Shown here: in pieces, positions 11,730-23,599 of the stretch
Layout: the number at the start of each line of letters is the position of its first letter
Numbering within the stretch: position 1 is the stretch's first letter
Assembly (NCBI GenBank): GCA_002633005.1
Contig: NMRA01000106.1
Span: 167,655-231,654 of the forward strand
Source of the DNA: Phoronis australis
Lineage: Eukaryota; Animalia; Phoronida
Reading direction: 5' to 3'
DNA: 64,000 nucleotides
The notes under the pieces: model-generated
What the model saw: only the letters and a program-made list of their open reading frames with translations
Told to the model about the DNA's origin: nothing
Databases searched by the model: none
Translations under genes and position numbers: made by a program

Positions 11730-11814
11730 TTCACAATCATAGTGTTCCCATTTGTGATATTTCAAAGTGAAAGTCGGAGGTAGATACAGATAACCACCTT
11801 CCCGTCCAAAACAA

Positions 11815-12010
11815 TACAACAAAATGGCGAAATTCTACGCTGAACGGATTTTACCGAGATTAAACGAGTATTAGCGATACCGTGTTTAAGCGGCATCTTT
11901 TGACAATGTTGAAAACTACGAAGTGAGACTCGTCACTAGGTGCCTAGCCAGCACGGTGGCTACTGACCACCTAGCGGCACGAAGGGAACCAGCGAGAGAC
12001 TCGTCTCTCA
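11815..12010 (-). promoter_or_regulatory. Candidate Argonaute promoter/5' UTR
   Basis: YY1-like AAAATGGCG at 11821-11829, a CTCF-like motif at about 11965-11980, and local CpG enrichment just upstream of the putative first exon. Confidence 0.4.
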
Positions 12011-12123
12011 AAGGTTCTTTGGAAATGCAGTGCAGTTATCGCCAAGTGGCAGTGTGGCAGGGGGACCTACGCACGCCCTGAAAAAGCATTACAGTTGCAG
12101 TTTGGTGGCTCCAAATCACAAAA

Positions 12124-12927
12124 CAGTGTTCTCCACGGCCTGTTTTAACTCGACGCTGTAACGAGTTTGGATTTTGCTGCGTCGAGTTTGGAAAATGCGC
12201 GTCGAGTTTAGAAAGTGCTGCGTCAGGTTTGAACTTTTGTCCTGGCTTGGTATTTCAGCCCTCAACCCTAAAGCAGTGCCTGATTAACCAACATCAAGCC
12301 CAATACAGAACTTTAGAGGCAGTCAACACTATATGTATAACTTCGTAAGACACTACAAAAGTTTAAATTATAATTAACAAAATCTGCAAAAAACTTTAAA
12401 TAACAAACATTTCATGGAGTCACCTAGCTTGCTTAATTGAATGACTAATCTACTTTGTCATTCTAACTTTAAAATTTTGCAAGTCAACCTATAAAAAAGC
12501 AATTTAATTTGCTTAATAAAGACAATTTTGATTTTGACTGACATCTAGTGGCAAGTTAGAACTTTATGAGCTTATTAAACTTGACAACAGGTGTCACTAA
12601 AAACTAGGTCACATCAGAACTCATGTTAGTAGTACTTAATATGTCTAATTGATATTAAAATCGGCATTGGTATTATTAAAGGAACTTTTGATCTTTTGTT
12701 TGCTGCTCTTGGTCTGTCAAATGCTTTGGAGAAATTATGAGATGCATTGGTAGGAAAGCTAAACTTTGAAGTGTCTAAGAAGTAGGTCACACCAGTGCAG
12801 TGTGCAGTTTTAAACCATATATAAATACCTCCAGCATGACCATGCTTATGGGTAGACACAAAACAATGTCAATAACTGACATTCAACATTTGCGTCGAGT
12901 TTGGAATTTATAATGTGGAGAACACTG
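12124..12927. mobile_element. MITE of the CAGTGTTCTCCA family, inverted relative to the 8882-9280 copy
   Basis: CAGTGTTCTCCAC...GTGGAGAACACTG with GCGTCGAG subterminal repeats and CAAAA on both flanks. Confidence 0.8.
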
Positions 12928-13032
12928 CAAAATATACAGCTTGAAGTTGCGTGTCTAACATTTTCACTTCCTTTGTGTTGGCCATGTATCATAAAAAGTT
13001 ATTAATAGTTCACTCTCACAGTGGGACGGGAT

Positions 13033-13135
13033 CGTTGTTTTAGTTCTCCTGCGACGGATTAGCGCGTGGGAAACACACAGATAATCTCTTCCCCTTTCGC
13101 ACGCGCTAGTCCGACGCAAGACAACTAAAGCAACG
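13033..13135. repeat. Imperfect inverted repeat (41-bp stem, 21-nt loop)
   Basis: 13033-13073 matches the reverse complement of 13095-13135 at 35/41 positions. Confidence 0.85.
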
Positions 13136-14273
13136 CGCCCCGGCCGTCATGTATGTCGTTATGTCTAGCGCCTCAAATGGATTCGAAACTGGACTTTGAA
13201 CTATCATGTAAGAGGTCAAAAAATCTGATGATGGTCAGAACATGGGCTACCTAGTCAGGATTCAAATATATTGCAAAACACGTGACTCAGTGTCTCCTAC
13301 AATCGTTTGCAACTCCCAAGGTTTGCTCCATAGACATCATTTTTAGATCCCTACGGTTTGTTTAATGTAAAGAGAATTTCTCATACTTAAACTACAGAAA
13401 ACACAATTTGCACATGCAGACGGAAATCTCAGATTCGAGTCTGAGTTCGGAGACTACTTCTGGCCCGGAAGCCAAGGTAATCCATGCGTGCGCGCGGCAC
13501 GCTTATAAGTAAGAGAGGACTCCTGTTAGGGTACTGTAAGTTGCGTCTGTAAAATTACGAACGTTGAAAGACACTGGATGCTCAGTTGCAAGTTGTGAGG
13601 CTCATTTGTACGGGATAGGTGATTTAACAAGTCCGTGACTTGTGTTCATCTAAAATCACAGCAGACAAGTGTTAAAATTGAATCACTGCCCACGCGTCCT
13701 TTTCCTAGTTTCGTGGAAATAATATTGTGTCGATTCTTTTCTATACTTGCACTTTTTCACCCACACCGCCACTGTTACCGCAGGAAGATCTAGGGCAAAG
13801 ATTCATAAAAGGAAATTTTTAATCTTTCTAGGTGTATAAAAGCAAGTATAATGTTAGTTTTGGAAACCAGGTCCCTACAAACTCAAGGTATGATCATCAG
13901 CGGATGCTTGCTAGTGTTGTTCTATATTTATAACGTGCATTCGGAATATTCTTTTATGGGCGTAAAAGTGTGCTGGTAGCCGTGAACTTGAAAAAAGAAT
14001 TTAAACGTAGACAAACGAGCAAAGCAACTATCTGTCATAATTGAATTTCCATTCTTCAATTTAAACACTGTTTTACAAATGCACAGAGTTAGCATTCACT
14101 GGTTTCTGATATAATCTTTGTGATGGGAAGGAATCAGCTGTAGGTTCTAGTATTACTGCAAATCTCAGAAGTGTTTTCCAGTTACAAACAATTCCTTAAA
14201 GCAGTTCACATTTCAGTTAATTTTGATGCTGGATTCAAAACCGCCAATTAACTAAGATTTAATTATATAAATT

Positions 14274-14990
14274 CAGTGGCGGATCTAGGATATCACAAGG
14301 GGGGGGGGCAACATTTTCTCCGGCTGTAAGCATTTGCGCAAACCACGATTGTAGATGCGCACAGCACCGAATGGGGTGAGGTCAGGAAAATTTTACGTTT
14401 TTTCCTCTAAAAATCAAGCATTTTCCTTGATTTCTGATGTATTATCCAAGAAAAAAGGGGGAAAAAGGAGAACGCGTCACACAGGAAAAACTGCGAGATT
14501 CACAGACTCGAAATCACGACCTGGCTGATAAGACGCGCGTGCTTTACCACTACACCACCACGACTTCACTAATAAATGGTCCACAGCGTTTGCGCGCGAA
14601 ACCTACTTCTTTTTGTAATGCTTATTACACGTTTTATATTTATGTAATCGGTTCTTAACAAATTTGTTGTATTTAAAATAGTCTTCAAATGCCCAAAAGA
14701 CCAAATCCGTTTTTCGTGTTGGCAATAATGACGGGATTGCTTTGGAAATCGTCTTAAGTTTGCCTGGGATATCGCGGGAGAGCCTACACTTAGCCATAGC
14801 TCCGTTACGAATGCGCCGTGTTCCGAATTTGACACTTGAAATTGGATCTGAGCCCCCCCCCCTCCCCCAAACACTAAAACTGCACACATTTAAATCTTTT
14901 TTCATCCGTATAATTTTAATTACCGGGGCAAATTAATAAACTCAACATTTCCCTACGCTCTTGCTGTTTTATTTTTTTTGCGGCAGCCAA
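14274..14990. mobile_element. Non-autonomous DNA transposon (CAGTGGCGGATCTAGG terminus) carrying an internal tRNA-like segment
   Basis: Terminal motif at 14274. About 500 bp are shared with 43200-43910. The minus-strand A/B-box-like segment GGTGGTGTAGTGGTAAAGCAC...TTCGAGTC lies at about 14504-14560. Confidence 0.7.
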
Positions 14991-15219
14991 GGGGAAATCA
15001 ATGCTCCGAACACAACCAGAGGTTCAATTCAACATCAGAACAATCTATATCGTTTAAAAACAGTCTTGCCGATGGAAATGAATGTAATGCTTTAGCGTAA
15101 AGTTAAAAATTTATTCAAAGTGAAAGTATCGGCAACAATACTCCGAATGGCTGGAAGACATCAGGAATCGAATATTCCTTATAAAACATAAAACACAACG
15201 CGATTTGCAGTTCCATAGC

Positions 15220-15450
15220 CCAGGAGACCGTTCCAATAAACTGACTTAAGTTTATTTCTGACTCAAGTCTAAGATTTGTCACATCTTCCAAACTTTGAAA
15301 TTTCCACAAGCGGTAAGTTAGTCAAAATTAAGACAAAACTTAAGTCAAATTTAAGATCTCTTTCTTGAAACTGACTTGAGACAAATTTAAGTTTCATTTT
15401 CAAATTCGCTAAAATTTAGGGTTTGTCTTAGCTAAGTCAGTTTTCTTGAT
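15220..15450. mobile_element. MITE with internal ACTTAAG-type repeats; second copy at 31627-31877
   Basis: About 220 bp of clear similarity to 31630-31870 (ttccaa.aaactgacttaag...gtcttagctaagtca). Confidence 0.7.
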
Positions 15451-16421
15451 CAAAGCTAATAACTTCAAGAAGTCTAGACTATCCATCGACCTTAACATTG
15501 AATGAGTCCCCTTAAAGTTACTATTAAATCGCCTTCCGTCAAAAATAACTTTTGTATTCACACCACTTTATCGGATAAATAGTAACGTTTGGTGATTTCG
15601 AGGTAGACACTCGAACCGAGATCTTGAAATACACCGACATGACAAATTTTCTGCAGCAAACTAATCGGTTCGGCGTTGGAAGTTTTGTGTGAGATACATT
15701 GGCATTGCTAGTGTCGGCATCGGTGTCGTTGTTTATTGTCTTATATTTTCATCATGATGACGTCCGTAAAACTCGGAACCAAATTGGTGATCTGGACATG
15801 TAACTTGTGGGTTAATAAGTGTGAACAGTCGATGGGAGCTAGATCATCGTCTCAGTGGCGTCAGTTTTAAGTACTTGTTGCACCCGCCGTATCAAAGTTC
15901 CCGTCTATGCGCGAGACGCTTGAATGGAAATTAGTGTCGGATATTGGTCCTTTTTGCTATAACAATGGTTTGAAGCTCTGTTGGGGAATGGTTCATTCAA
16001 GTGTCCATGACGTTAATTAACCCCTAACCAGCGGCTCTGTTACAAATTGGTGGAGCTCCTGCCGGACACTTCGTGCTTTCAGTGACAACAATGCAATCGT
16101 ACCAGGTGACGGGGTTGGGATAGATTTACGCCCGGCATCCCACGGCGCAGTTAATAGGTATAATTAGCCCCAAGGGTTTAACTGAAAACCATATTGACTG
16201 ATTTACCACGCCACGTCCAACAGCGCGGTTAACAAGGTTTAATGAGCCCTGGGGAATTTGGTTGGAAAACGAAAAGATTTAAAAACACTATAGGATAAAT
16301 CCATGGGACGCAGGTATTGTTATGACTGCGGTGAATAGACGTTAGGTAACAGTTGGTTCAAATCAGATGTCTGTATACAGCTTTGCTTTGTGTGTGGTTT
16401 CACAGTGTTGTTGGCTTCTAG

Positions 16422-16676
16422 CAGTGTTCTCCACAACATGTTTTGACCCGTCGCTCCGTCCAATTTGAATCTTAACGTGAAGAGGCTGGCTTCACTTGCG
16501 TCGAATTTGAAAACCAAAAAACGCAACGAGTTTGAAGTATTGGGACATTTCGAACTTTTGGTATCATTTATTCGAAGATTTAACAAATTCCCTACAGTAG
16601 AGACATGAACTTTCAAGCATGTTCATGAATTTTGTAATTCTGGTCTAGTTTGAAATTTCCGTTGTGGAAAACACTG
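16422..16676. mobile_element. MITE of the CAGTGTTCTCCA family
   Basis: CAGTGTTCTCCACAAC...GTTGTGGAAAACACTG terminal inverted repeats. Confidence 0.75.
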
Positions 16677-17961
16677 GGGCCTACTAACAAATTCTTCAAA
16701 ACCCAACCCCTTCGTGTACCGTACCATCCTTGCTTGTGCTGTGTCACGTGACTAAAATCACTGCCATAGTGAAATGAACTAAAATTAAACATTTGTGGAA
16801 AAGTGTAAAATAATAAGTGAAGTATTTTTCATTTTTCACTTTCTCCATCCCCCTGTTATGTGACTCACTACTACCAGCGAAGTACCAAGAGTCCAAGAAA
16901 GATCCTGTCAAATTTGACTTGTTAAAAGCACATCATTAATGATACAGAAGTCTTTGTTCTATAAATACGAATCACACCTTTTAACGTGTTAATAATGACT
17001 GAGAAAGGTTTCATACTGCTTACTTACAAATTTGCAGCGCTGCCTGAAAGATATTGTTTAAATAAATTAATTTTTCAACAAATGGTTCAATTTTGATATG
17101 CCAAACATTTTCAGCATTCGGTTTTGATTTTCTGGTTCTTAGCCATGCATGCACAGTGGAAGTGAAGACTTGACTGAGAGGTAGAGAGACACCGACAGGC
17201 CCAAGGGGGAGGTTGCCACTTGCCATCAAACAAGAAAGCGCGAAAGCTCCACACCTAAATTATTCGGACTCATTGTATTATCGCAATGTTCCACAAACAG
17301 CTTACCTATCAGAGCAGTATTCAATGCTCCGTCACAATATACCCAAATATTAAATGCCATTTAAGAAGATCGGTGAGGAGTAAGGCATAATAAACAAACA
17401 CGAAACAGTGGCAGTTCTATCAAATCAATTTCCTGTACTCCCTACAAATACATTAAAAACTAGTTTCTGAAGCATGGCCTAGTTTATGACGTTAAAGGTA
17501 CCACCTTCAAAAACCAACTTAGCGGATCGCCAAACAGATGACATGACTATTATAGGCGGATCTAGGGGTTCTGTCTCCTACCTTCCGGCCAAGATAAAAA
17601 GTAGCCGCCACATACATGAACAGTTCTCCCCTAAATCTTTAATTTTTTATCGTGTTTCAAAAACAACCAAGAGTCATTCTGGGTCCACCGGGAGAGTGTC
17701 CCCCCAGGGTACTCCAATTGGACGTTAAAACGACATTTTAGCTCATTTTACTATAATGGAGACTCAGTAGTCACTTAATGTGGTTGTCATGTAAACATTT
17801 CTTGCAACATGTATCTCATTTTCAATGGAGAGAAGAAAAAATATCAAAACAGTAAATGCACAAAATTTGAATTATTTTCACATTAATTTTAGGTAACTGG
17901 GCTTGTTTGTAACGGACTGTTTTCTGGAGAATTAGATTCATCTTTGCTTATTCAAAACGTA

Positions 17962-18075
17962 GAGGAAGCAGTGTGACCCAATGTCCGCTTCCCTTACTCA
18001 AGGTCGTGGGTTCGAGTCCCACTTGGGGCACACTGTTAGAATGTTAGACCCCTGAGTCAGGTCTTTAGCTTCTCA
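17962..18075 (+). mobile_element. tRNA-derived SINE head fragment
   Basis: T-arm/B-box AAGGTCGTGGGTTCGAGTCCCAC at about 18000-18022. The D and anticodon arms are degenerate, so this is not a tRNA gene. Confidence 0.55.
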
Positions 18076-18439
18076 GACCAGTTTTAACTACATACAAATA
18101 AGGCACCTAAGCAAACTGCGCACCTCTGGTACAACCTGTACCAGACAGCCCGAAATTTCTTTTTTTAGTCAAATTGTTTTCCAGACTTTTTCTTGGCAAT
18201 TTTTTATATCAGTTTCAAGGATACTATCAATTTGACATCACCTTTCCATAACAAAAAAGTTGTAAATAAGTCTGAATCCAGGGCAATCGCAGATAAATTA
18301 CGTGTCGTATTTTCACTGATAGGGAGTGAAACAACTCATTCAAATTCAAGATAGTAATTGGCCTCATAGTGGAAATCCGTCAGATTAAAACTCAATATAA
18401 CATTATAACAGAAGTCGACCAGAAATACTTTAAAAAAAT

Positions 18440-18570
18440 AGCTCACCGTCCTCACCATTTTCATGAATGGGCTCACCGTCCCCCACTGCACCATTTTCAT
18501 AAATGGGCTCACCGTCCCCCACTGCACCATTTTCGTGGATGGGCTCACCATCTCCCACTGCACCATTTTC
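18440..18570. repeat. 36-bp minisatellite (about 3.5 copies), readable on the minus strand as (ENGAVGDGEPIH)n
   Basis: Unit gggctcaccgtcccccactgcaccattttcat.aat is repeated. Confidence 0.9.
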
Positions 18571-21500
18571 TTTAATAAGCTCATCCTCTGGGACATCACC
18601 ATCTGCTAAGATTTCTAAGCGTGTCTCTATGTCACACATGTTGATAGCATCGCGCTCGGGACTAATACCTGGAAGGCGTCCGGCAATCGACTGAAGTTTA
18701 CAAACAACTTATTGTCGTTTTCGTAGCTTGTTTCAACGCTGCACTTCTCATGTATTCCTGAGCGTGAAGTTAGTCCCATGTAAAAGTTTGAAAGTGTAGC
18801 TCATTTTTATTTTATATTATAAGTCTGTTGATTTCTTAGACTAATCATATCTAATAACAGTGTGAAAAGAAAACTTCACAGTAAAGTTTACTGTCTTGTG
18901 TATTTTAATAATTTTAATTGAGCCGAAGCACGGATCATTGCCAGAATAGCGCGTATGAATATTGTCGCGGCAAAAACGAAATGCTGTACGATCATTGGGC
19001 CAAATCTCGGACTCAGACAGTGGCGCGAAAAATTCCAATCGTCCGATGACAGTTGTGTTATCCATTGTCTTGACTTGACCAGTTTCAAATAAACGTTCCC
19101 TGTTCAGAATTACTTTCCTAGATAAGAAAATGAGTAGTGCGTGCCTGAGAAGGACACTGTTTTGTTAGTTGCCTAAAAAGGTCACTGATACATTTGGAAC
19201 AAAGCAAAATGTTCAAATGTGTATTTCCATACGCTGTATATGCCTGCAGATAATAAATATACGTTTATTGCCAAGAACAAATGCAGCTATTTAGTATATC
19301 GAAAAAATTAATTTTGAATATAACCTAGCACCGTCACTATCGGAATGACGGATTTTGGAAAATGAGTGGAAATGAAACTCGGCTTGTAAACAACCAGCGG
19401 GAGAATATCTTAATTATGATGCTGTCATATTGAATAAGCGAACAATATTTCTCTATCATATTTTTGGACAAACTTGACGTGTGCATTAGTAAATGCAGAG
19501 AATTAAAAAGGTGTCAGCCAATTTGTTAACGCGTGTGGGTTTCACACGTTAGCGCGTTAATATACGTGTCTATGTATTAAAGTACGCGTTCTTCGGGTTC
19601 AAGTTCGTAGATGTGTGCAACGTGTCGCTTGTCCCTGTCCTATCTAACATTTCACAAGGCTCCGGTTCTTAACTTTTGATGATCTACATGCTGTGCTATG
19701 TTGTTATTTATACAGGACAATGGCCTACATAGGTCACTCAATTTGAAATCGAATAGGCCGGTCAAATCAAAGGTAGTGGATTTGCAAACTAACGTAATAT
19801 CAATACTAGAAATTTTAAGTTCATCCGTCTTAGATGGATATTTTTGGGGCATCAGATTTTCATGATTAGTCAGTAAAAGGCAAATTAACGCCAAACAGAT
19901 CATGTCATCTCAGTCAGCATATCACGAAATGGCCGAATCTGAAGCTGGTGTGTTCTAGTCCGGTACAAGTCATAGTAATGAACTAGTTCTTGGAATTCAA
20001 CAAGTCACACAACTAATACATGCAAGTCTAGATTACCGCGCTAAAGTTTAAACCTGTACCCATAAACAACTGACAAGCTTAAAATTACATATTCACGTGA
20101 TTCCTGCTCTGTGTGTTATTTGTTTACACACGGGGTTCGTGAATGGACTGATCTTAGCGTCGTTTATCACACCATGGCACAAAAGATCTGGTATTGCCAT
20201 TACCTGACAAGCAGAGGTGGCAATTTCTAAGGTGTGAACAATTCAGCAAGTCTTTTAGTCCAGCACAAATCCCGTTTCAAATTATGGAATTCAAACTGGC
20301 ATTCGCACGCTCCAAGTTGTTTAATTTTTCATGCCCATTTAAACCAACAATGGGAGATGACAGAAATCGCGCAGTTTGAAATGTTCACTCTGTAGTAAAC
20401 GATAAATTCTTGCAGTCTGACATCCCAAAACGTAGGCCGTATTGCAAGCAAATGTTTCTTTTCCTAGTCTGCAATTTCACCACTGATGCAGTGGCGGATT
20501 TAAAAGGGAACTGTAATTTATTCTGAATAAATTCTGGATAGTTTTCTATGAATTGTTGATTAATTTCACAAATAATTCAACACCAAAAATTAAACTTATA
20601 TTCTCTAAAGAAGCTAAAAAAATTACCGGCTTGGAGCGCTGCTTAGTCTCGTGACGTATTTGGCGGGGGCAAAGTCACCGTCCTGTGTTAGCGTGCAATC
20701 AAGTAGCGTTCTTCATATTGTCGGAATAAGAAATTTTAGTGTGAAATGTCGGGTCACCAGGGATACCTGTTTGAGCCGAGGCAACACAAAGTGATACCCA
20801 GTCATCGTCATCGTCAGACGAAAATTTGCCGGTGCAACTGGTGTCAGTGACTGTGCCGAGGGCAATGTGGACTCTAGCCATCCAATCAGCCAGCTGTCAG
20901 CCAATACTCCGGCAGCTCTGTAAACTTGAAGGGTTGGTAAGTTACCTACTGTAGCTGTATGAAGACTATCGTACCACTGTGTGTTGAGCTCCGTTAACCC
21001 CGAAATTTCAGACAGCCAATGACTACCCGGGTATAGTTGACTCAGTTATGCTCGTCACCTCGTCGTAAAACTTAGGCTACATCAACATATAAAGCTAACG
21101 GACCGGCGGGGGCGCATGCAAAATCTGGTATAGTCACCCGACACTCCCATTGTTCGTTGCAGCCGTTTAAATGGAAAACAATCAAATAAACGTCATTTGG
21201 TAGCATAATTTGCCGCCTTTTTAACAAAGAAGTGTGTCGTCCGTTTCAAGAACAGCACGCTCGTGACACGGCGCACGCGCCATTTCATAAAAATTTGAGA
21301 CGTCTTTCGGGACATGATAACAGCTTCGCAGCACCAAGGTTGTTCTAAAATTCGGTTTGCTGATGTAAAAATACTAAAAACTTGAAACAAAATGAAACAA
21401 GCTCCGATAATTTGTTATAACATGTACGCAACCTAGGTACCGTCAGCGACGAACACTTGATAAAAGAATCAGGGGGAAAAGAAACTGGTAAAGGTCAGGT

Positions 21501-22124
21501 GACGTAATCGCAAAAAGCCGAGAACACATCACAATTTTACTAGCAGCAGCCGATGAACGATCGCTAACATTTCCAACACCGGTAAATACAGAAGTTAGTT
21601 TACTCTAGGAACCTGGTTCCTAGGTTTACTCAAGGATGACTTAGTTTTAAGGACATTTATTTGAGTCAGATTTTATTTGTACATTTTTTACCCATATCGG
21701 CTAAAACCTGTAGGCCCATATCTACACTGAGCTTTGGGCCAAGGCTTGGGTAACCCGGCGATGGTATGCGATGACCATCCCTTTAGAAGACGCCTTTTTC
21801 GAAGAGTTTGAGCAACCAGGTGCCATACAAAAAGGCATAGCGAACCTTTTACAGCACTGTGGCAAACAATAAAAAATAAGGACGATTGATACAATGATAA
21901 ATTACGATGTAAACTCTTCAAATATGACATAAGCAATGAATGTGTAAAGCAGCCGATACCCCGCCGTTCACGTCACTGACACATCAGCCAATCAGCGATC
22001 GCTTTCAGAATTCAGTGTTTTGACCATGAATTCGAATTGGCTTTAGTTTGGCACGCAAGTCAGGCAAATGTGAGTTTTATTTGTATGTTAGAACCGATTA
22101 ACTGCAACATTATTTTGACTACAG

Positions 22125-22286
22125 TCCCCTTTTAAGGGGGAGGGGGACAAGGGGGTCATGGCTCCCTAAAAATTTCCCGCCAGATTCCACTTGGCAGTTC
22201 GGGGGTGCGAATGTCTACGGGCAAAATCCTGGCTCGGTTATACTCTGCCCTTGCACCCCTAACTCAAAATCCTGGATCCGCTCCTG
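22125..22286. mobile_element. Short MITE of the CAGGGGCGGATC family, inverted copy of 42580-42728
   Basis: Shares aaaatcctggct...tactctgccct...ccctaactcaaaatcctggatccgc with the reverse complement of 42580-42640. Confidence 0.7.
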
Positions 22287-23212
22287 GGTCAAAGCCGTTC
22301 TCTTTTTTATATCGATTGGACCGAAATGCATCAGTTGAATTCTTGGAACACCTCAGCTGTACGAGTCTCACAGTATCGAGTCCTGTGTAGGTCCCCCAAA
22401 AATTGATGAAATGGGGTGGGTCGCAGGTTTGATGGGAGTTTTGTGGACTAAGTGAAAATTGGTTGCCACTAATCATGGGCGGCGCACTAGGAGACTATAG
22501 CCCCCCCCCCTTATATATCATTGCTGCGCCAACCATGTACATAATTCCAAATCCCTTATTCACGGGTACTTGTCCTGTTTATCAAACTTTTTCACGTCTT
22601 TGTTGCAGCCCACACAGCGCAGTACACTTCGTGATGATTGGAAGGACGAATAGAGTAATGCAACCGAGAAAAACTTGTAAGGAATCAGACAACAACAACA
22701 ACACGAGAAGTTCCAATAACACGAAAACGAGACAGCAGTGATTGTGCCTGACGGATGTTAACGGCATTGTGGTCGGTAAATACAGCGAGATATGCGTGTC
22801 GATGCGTAATCCGGGATGGCCCTATTTATCAATATTCTTACTTCATGTTCTTTTAAAATGTAAGTACATACTCATTTCTCCGTATTCGTAAGACACGCGG
22901 GCAATTTCGCATGCGCATGAAATGCAGGCGTTGGTTTAATTGGATATAGGTACACCACTCGATCTGTGCATCTATTAACCGAACCATCGTATATTTTTGC
23001 GTGTAAAAGTATAAAAATTACACCTGGGTCCGAAATTTTAGATATTTTCGAAGTAATGAACCTTCAGAGTAGTGAACCTTCGAAATAGTGGGCTATTCCC
23101 ATTGCCATCGATGTACGCAAGTTAAGTAACACGCAAAATACAACCAGATAAAAAATTTCAAGTTTTGCTCAGACCAAATAGTTCCGTCCGAGTATGAAAT
23201 GAGGTGCAATCA

Positions 23213-23547
23213 CATAGGTCGATTTAGGGGGCCAGGGGGCCCGCTTCCTCCTTCGCTGCCGCAAAGAATAAAACAGCAAGAGCTTGATGAAATATTGAGT
23301 TCATTAATTAATCCCGGTAATTAATATGCGGCTGAGTGGGGGCTCAGCCCCATTGCAAGTGCCCGACCCAGATGACCTGCGCAATTCTTTTCCCGCCTTT
23401 TTAGTCCTCCGTTTGCTTTTTTGTAGAAGTTCCAGTAATTCGAGCCCCCTGCCTTTCAGGCTGGGTGCGCGCATGCAATCGTGCTTTGCGCAAATTTGCC
23501 CGAGACAAAATGTTGGGCCCCTTTATGATATCCTAGATCCGCCACTG
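23213..23547. mobile_element. Non-autonomous DNA transposon, CATAGG...GATCCGCCACTG termini, 5-bp TSD AATCA
   Basis: Both ends match, in inverted orientation, the ends of the elements at 14274 and 43954. AATCA is present on both flanks. Confidence 0.7.
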
Positions 23548-23599
23548 AATCACTCATTTAATTACGCCTGAATTGAAAGTTTGGCAAGGGGTGACGCTA

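Noticed and set aside
17962-18030. tRNA gene
   Set aside because: Only the T-arm/B-box is good. No convincing acceptor, D or anticodon stems, so it is treated as a SINE head.
20640-21600. CpG-rich stretch with YY1-like and donor-like motifs suggesting another gene start
   Set aside because: I could not link it to any coding exon; it may be transposon-derived.
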